From the human T2T-CHM13v2.0 reference genome, Homo sapiens: a stretch of DNA of 64,000 bases. The notes under the pieces were generated by a model. The model did not search any database. It was given only the letters and a program-made list of their open reading frames with translations, and had not been told where the DNA came from. The DNA is taken from assembly GCF_009914755.1 (NCBI RefSeq), contig NC_060941.1; one strand, 5' to 3'. Below, piece by piece: positions 53,461 through 64,000 of this stretch (position 1 is its first letter; each line of letters opens with the position of its first letter). The position numbers and the translations under genes are program-made.

Positions 53461-55849
53461 TCAACACATGTTGATTGAAAATCTATTTATTTGCCAAGGA
53501 CTCTGCCAAGTGATATTGTAGCAGAAAAATAACATATGGCTCTGGAGAGGCATCTATAGCATAATAGATTGGAGTGTGTGTGGGGGGAAGAAAGACACAT
53601 CCATTAGTGACAACATAAGTGTGGTAAGTTACACAACAGACTGTTTTCTGCGTTGCTCACAAAATCTTCCTCCGTGAACCTGTCTGTGGTCTCACTGAAA
53701 TGACAGCTTTAGCTGGCTAGTACCATGGAACCCAGTTTCCCAGACATAGGCAATTCATCCAGGGTGAGACACTGGTCCAGGCTGGAGCCATTATAGACCA
53801 GGAACACATTAGAATCTCCCTTAAACATTAGTTAAACAACACAGAGAATGTAATCATTAATGGTGATCACTGAGCCTTGAAGATGATAAAGCCATGAGGC
53901 TATTGTTTATGTTGGACACTGTGCAATCAGAGGTGGTTGGTCAGCTAAAAGAAGAATCAGAAGAGAGGCAGACAGAAAGCAGATGAGAAACAGATCACAA
54001 TATTTGAAAGGCATATTTAAAAATATAGATTCCTAAGGGGCTTCCCAGTTCCAATCTTTGCAACTCTGTATTCATTTTAGTCTTTGCCTGTGAAATTTCT
54101 TACCACACCCTTAAGGGATATCAGTGTCTCTCCCTGCCTCCTCATACTTGAGATGGGTCTACAAAGATTTGTAGGCTTTTCATGGTCAGAGAGGCAGGAG
54201 AAGGGTATTCCAGGCAAAAACAATAGTCTATTTAAAGGGACAGAAGCATAAGCATTCTAAAGGCGAGCTACTTCAGAAGGTGGTTTCAGTAAACACTGTA
54301 TGAAATGTTGGCTGGGAATAAGAAGACCACCAAGCTTGATGACTGAAGCTTAGTGAAGGGAAGTTGAAAAGCTATTTGGAATGAAATCTCCACTTACAAG
54401 TCAAATAGTTGATGGTGATGGAAAAAGTATACCTTACTGAATTCTTTAAGTAATATAAAATTCCCGTGGACAATTTTCAGCACCAAACACACTACTTGGC
54501 ATTTAGCAGGTATTCAGTAAATATTCGAGGTGTGCATATTGTCTTTATTTTTCATTTCCTCCAGTTCACAGCCAGTAGTAAACAAGGGCATATTACAAAT
54601 TGAGATCCAAGTTGGGTTAAGTACACAGGTAAGCACTGAAACATGCAAGAGTATTTGCAATAAGAAGCTCAAATTCTATTCCACCATGAATAATAAGCTG
54701 AATTCCAGTTGGCCAATCTCCATTCCTTCCCAAAAGTGTTGAACTGGTAACCTGCTCACCCTCATTCCTCTTGGAATTTACAGATGTGTGCCGGACAGTG
54801 TGGGAAACAGTGTTTTACAGCAGCAATTAGTTTATTCCTGGGGTAAACAGTAGAACTTTAGGGATAATTGCAGCAAGAAATTTGTTCCCTATTGCAATGT
54901 GAATAACCTACAGGCAGCCAGTTGGCTGCTTGCCCTACAAATCCCAAAAAGGACATTGGCAACTGTTTTGCATTTGTGCCCAGTAGGGATTTGCAGATGC
55001 ACAGTGGGGAGAGGAGAAAAGATGGGCTGTGTTTTTACCAATGTTTGCAAAGCCAAGGATGGCTTTCCAGGACAGGTTAATTCAGAAGCGGGAAATTTGG
55101 GTTTGTGTAAGGGGACAGCTTGCTTCTCTTTAAGATGGAAGCTGCAGCTCGAGTGCCAGTTGGCAGCTCCTGAGTCTGCTATAGGGCCAACACACATGCA
55201 GGCAGCAGAGTCACTTAATCCCTTTGACTTTGCTATTTCCTGCCTATGACTGTACTAAGCTTGTTGAAGCCTGAAGCAACATGTGACTATGAGATTGTGG
55301 GCAGCCAGGAGCCAGTCTTCCACAGCCTTGGACAAACTGACTGTACCACCCTCTACAATTTGCTTCCTAGCCAAGGTTGGCTATTTCCCCAAATTTCTCT
55401 TTCAGGTGTGGCATTATAGAGACCATTATTACTGTTGTTGCTGCATTTAAGAGAACACAGACACAATAGTTTCCAGCTTGCTTTTGTACATAGTTTCCCT
55501 AAATATGTTACTATCTCCAGTGCAGGCTCCAATTTGAAATGTCATCACAGGCAGCAGCAATGTCACATATTTTTATGGCATTTTCTCTTATGATCGTTGT
55601 GTAATTATACTTTAATATTTAGGTGTGGACATTAAGGAAGGGGTTATTTCTGTCATACAGAAGGGAAAAATTACTAGGAAAATACATAAAAAGTTAACTT
55701 TGTAGTTGATGTTGGAGATAGTGATTTCTATTACTACAGATCATTTAATCTTTCCTTGTGAGTGGGAGAAGTGCAGTCTTGCTTTATTAATTGCTAATAA
55801 TTTTCCCATATAAACTCAGAGAACCTCAAAAGTGGTTACTGTGCCTTCT

Positions 55850-56470
55850 GTATCTCTTGCCTCCTAATTGATTTCCCTGCATCCGTCCCTGGGTCCCTTT
55901 CCCCTATCCTCAATCTGTTCTATATACATGGCAATTCTAATCATGACAAGCTTAAATTAATTTAATACTATCCTATTATCTTTGGGATAAAGATCACACG
56001 TGCTTCCTGAGGTCAGCCTTCTTAGCATGGCCGAAAAGGTCCTACCTGATTTGGCACCAGTATCATCTCTCAGGCACTCACAAACCCATTCTCCACAATT
56101 CAGTCTTTTCTGCTGGTCTTTTCTTCTGATTGTCTAATGCATGTGATTCTTCTTGCCACAAGACCATTGCACATTCCATTCCAGCTTCCTGGAATGCTCT
56201 TCCCACTGGTCTCTGTAAAAGTTAACTGCTTCTTATCCTTCAAATCTCAGCTCATGCTTACTCTCTTCCCTAATTTCCAGACTTACTCAGATTACCCTGT
56301 CACTCCCTCAAACAGCATCTGTAAATCTCCTTCTTAACTCTGATCACAATCTGTCATCCTACAAGATGACTTTGTAGGATGACTTTGTAGGGAGTACTTA
56401 GCTGATGCCTACTTTTCCTCCTCAATAAAGACAAGGACTCTATTTCCAGCACTATCATGACCCTGGTGGA
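55850..56470 (-). mobile_element. L2 LINE fragment
   Basis: cttcctggaatgctcttccc...ttatccttcaaatctcagctca; strand uncertain. Confidence 0.6.
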
Positions 56471-56767
56471 GGAAGACCATGGTGAACTCTATGCAAAGAA
56501 AGCATGAATCAAGTCAAGAAGGAGGTGCCAAATTTAAAGTTAAAAAGAAGCAGAATGAAAAGCAACTGAGGAAAACAATTCTAAAGGGGCTTTAAAGCAA
56601 ACAAGTCAAGATCAGTATCAATTTTAGTTTGAAGGAGCTGATGGACAAGATGTGAATTTCCAGTGAAGCAGGCTCTGAACTTCATTTTGAAGTTAAAAAT
56701 TGACTCGGGTTCAGAGACAGCATTAGAGAGGTAGGATCACTCATCTCCAAACAAAGGGCATTTTCTT

Positions 56768-56919
56768 TTATTTATATATATATATAAAACAGATATATAA
56801 ATATATTATATATATTTAATAATATATATTTAATATTTATATGATATATATTATATATAATTTATATATTACATATATATTACATATATATACAAATATA
56901 TATAAAATATATATATATA

Positions 56920-56922
<3 letters not shown>
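56768..56922. repeat. (TA)n-rich low-complexity tract (degenerated L1 tail)
   Basis: Directly visible, adjoining the L1PB 3' end. Confidence 0.9.

Positions 56923-64000
<7,078 letters not shown>

Noticed and set aside
54889-55249. Overlapping 102-aa and 116-aa ORFs on opposite strands
   Set aside because: No recognisable protein similarity; treated as a non-coding candidate instead.

Overview
This is AT-rich, repeat-dense primate genomic DNA, probably human or great ape, since it carries AluY and L1PA2/3-type elements. It looks intergenic or intronic: I found no intact host protein-coding gene, RNA gene or CRISPR array, and the recognisable ORF-track entries derive from L1, Alu or LTR repeats. 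Two large old minus-strand L1s (about 2.4-9.7 kb, and 56.9-64 kb) each carry a nested young L1PA3-like insertion. There is also a two-LTR THE1A provirus, several solo LTRs, DNA transposons (MADE1, MER44, MER30, MER91) and many MIR/L2 relics. The most informative element is missing from the ORF track. It is a 473-bp processed pseudogene of IMMP1L (28451-28923, minus strand, 15-bp TSD, poly(A)) inserted in sense inside the 5' LTR of an ERVL provirus. It seems to copy a non-canonical splice isoform (5' leader, a 114-nt extra segment, then the last two coding exons) and keeps an open 57-codon frame. Other oddities are a DYS389-like duplicated TCTA/TCTG STR cassette, an L1 inserted antisense into homologous L1 sequence, a dispersed 54-bp duplication, template-switch micro-repeats and candidate enhancer motif clusters. 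Repeat subfamily names and IMMP1L exon structure come from recalled consensus sequences, not from a database search. I see no evidence for a wholly new biological system.
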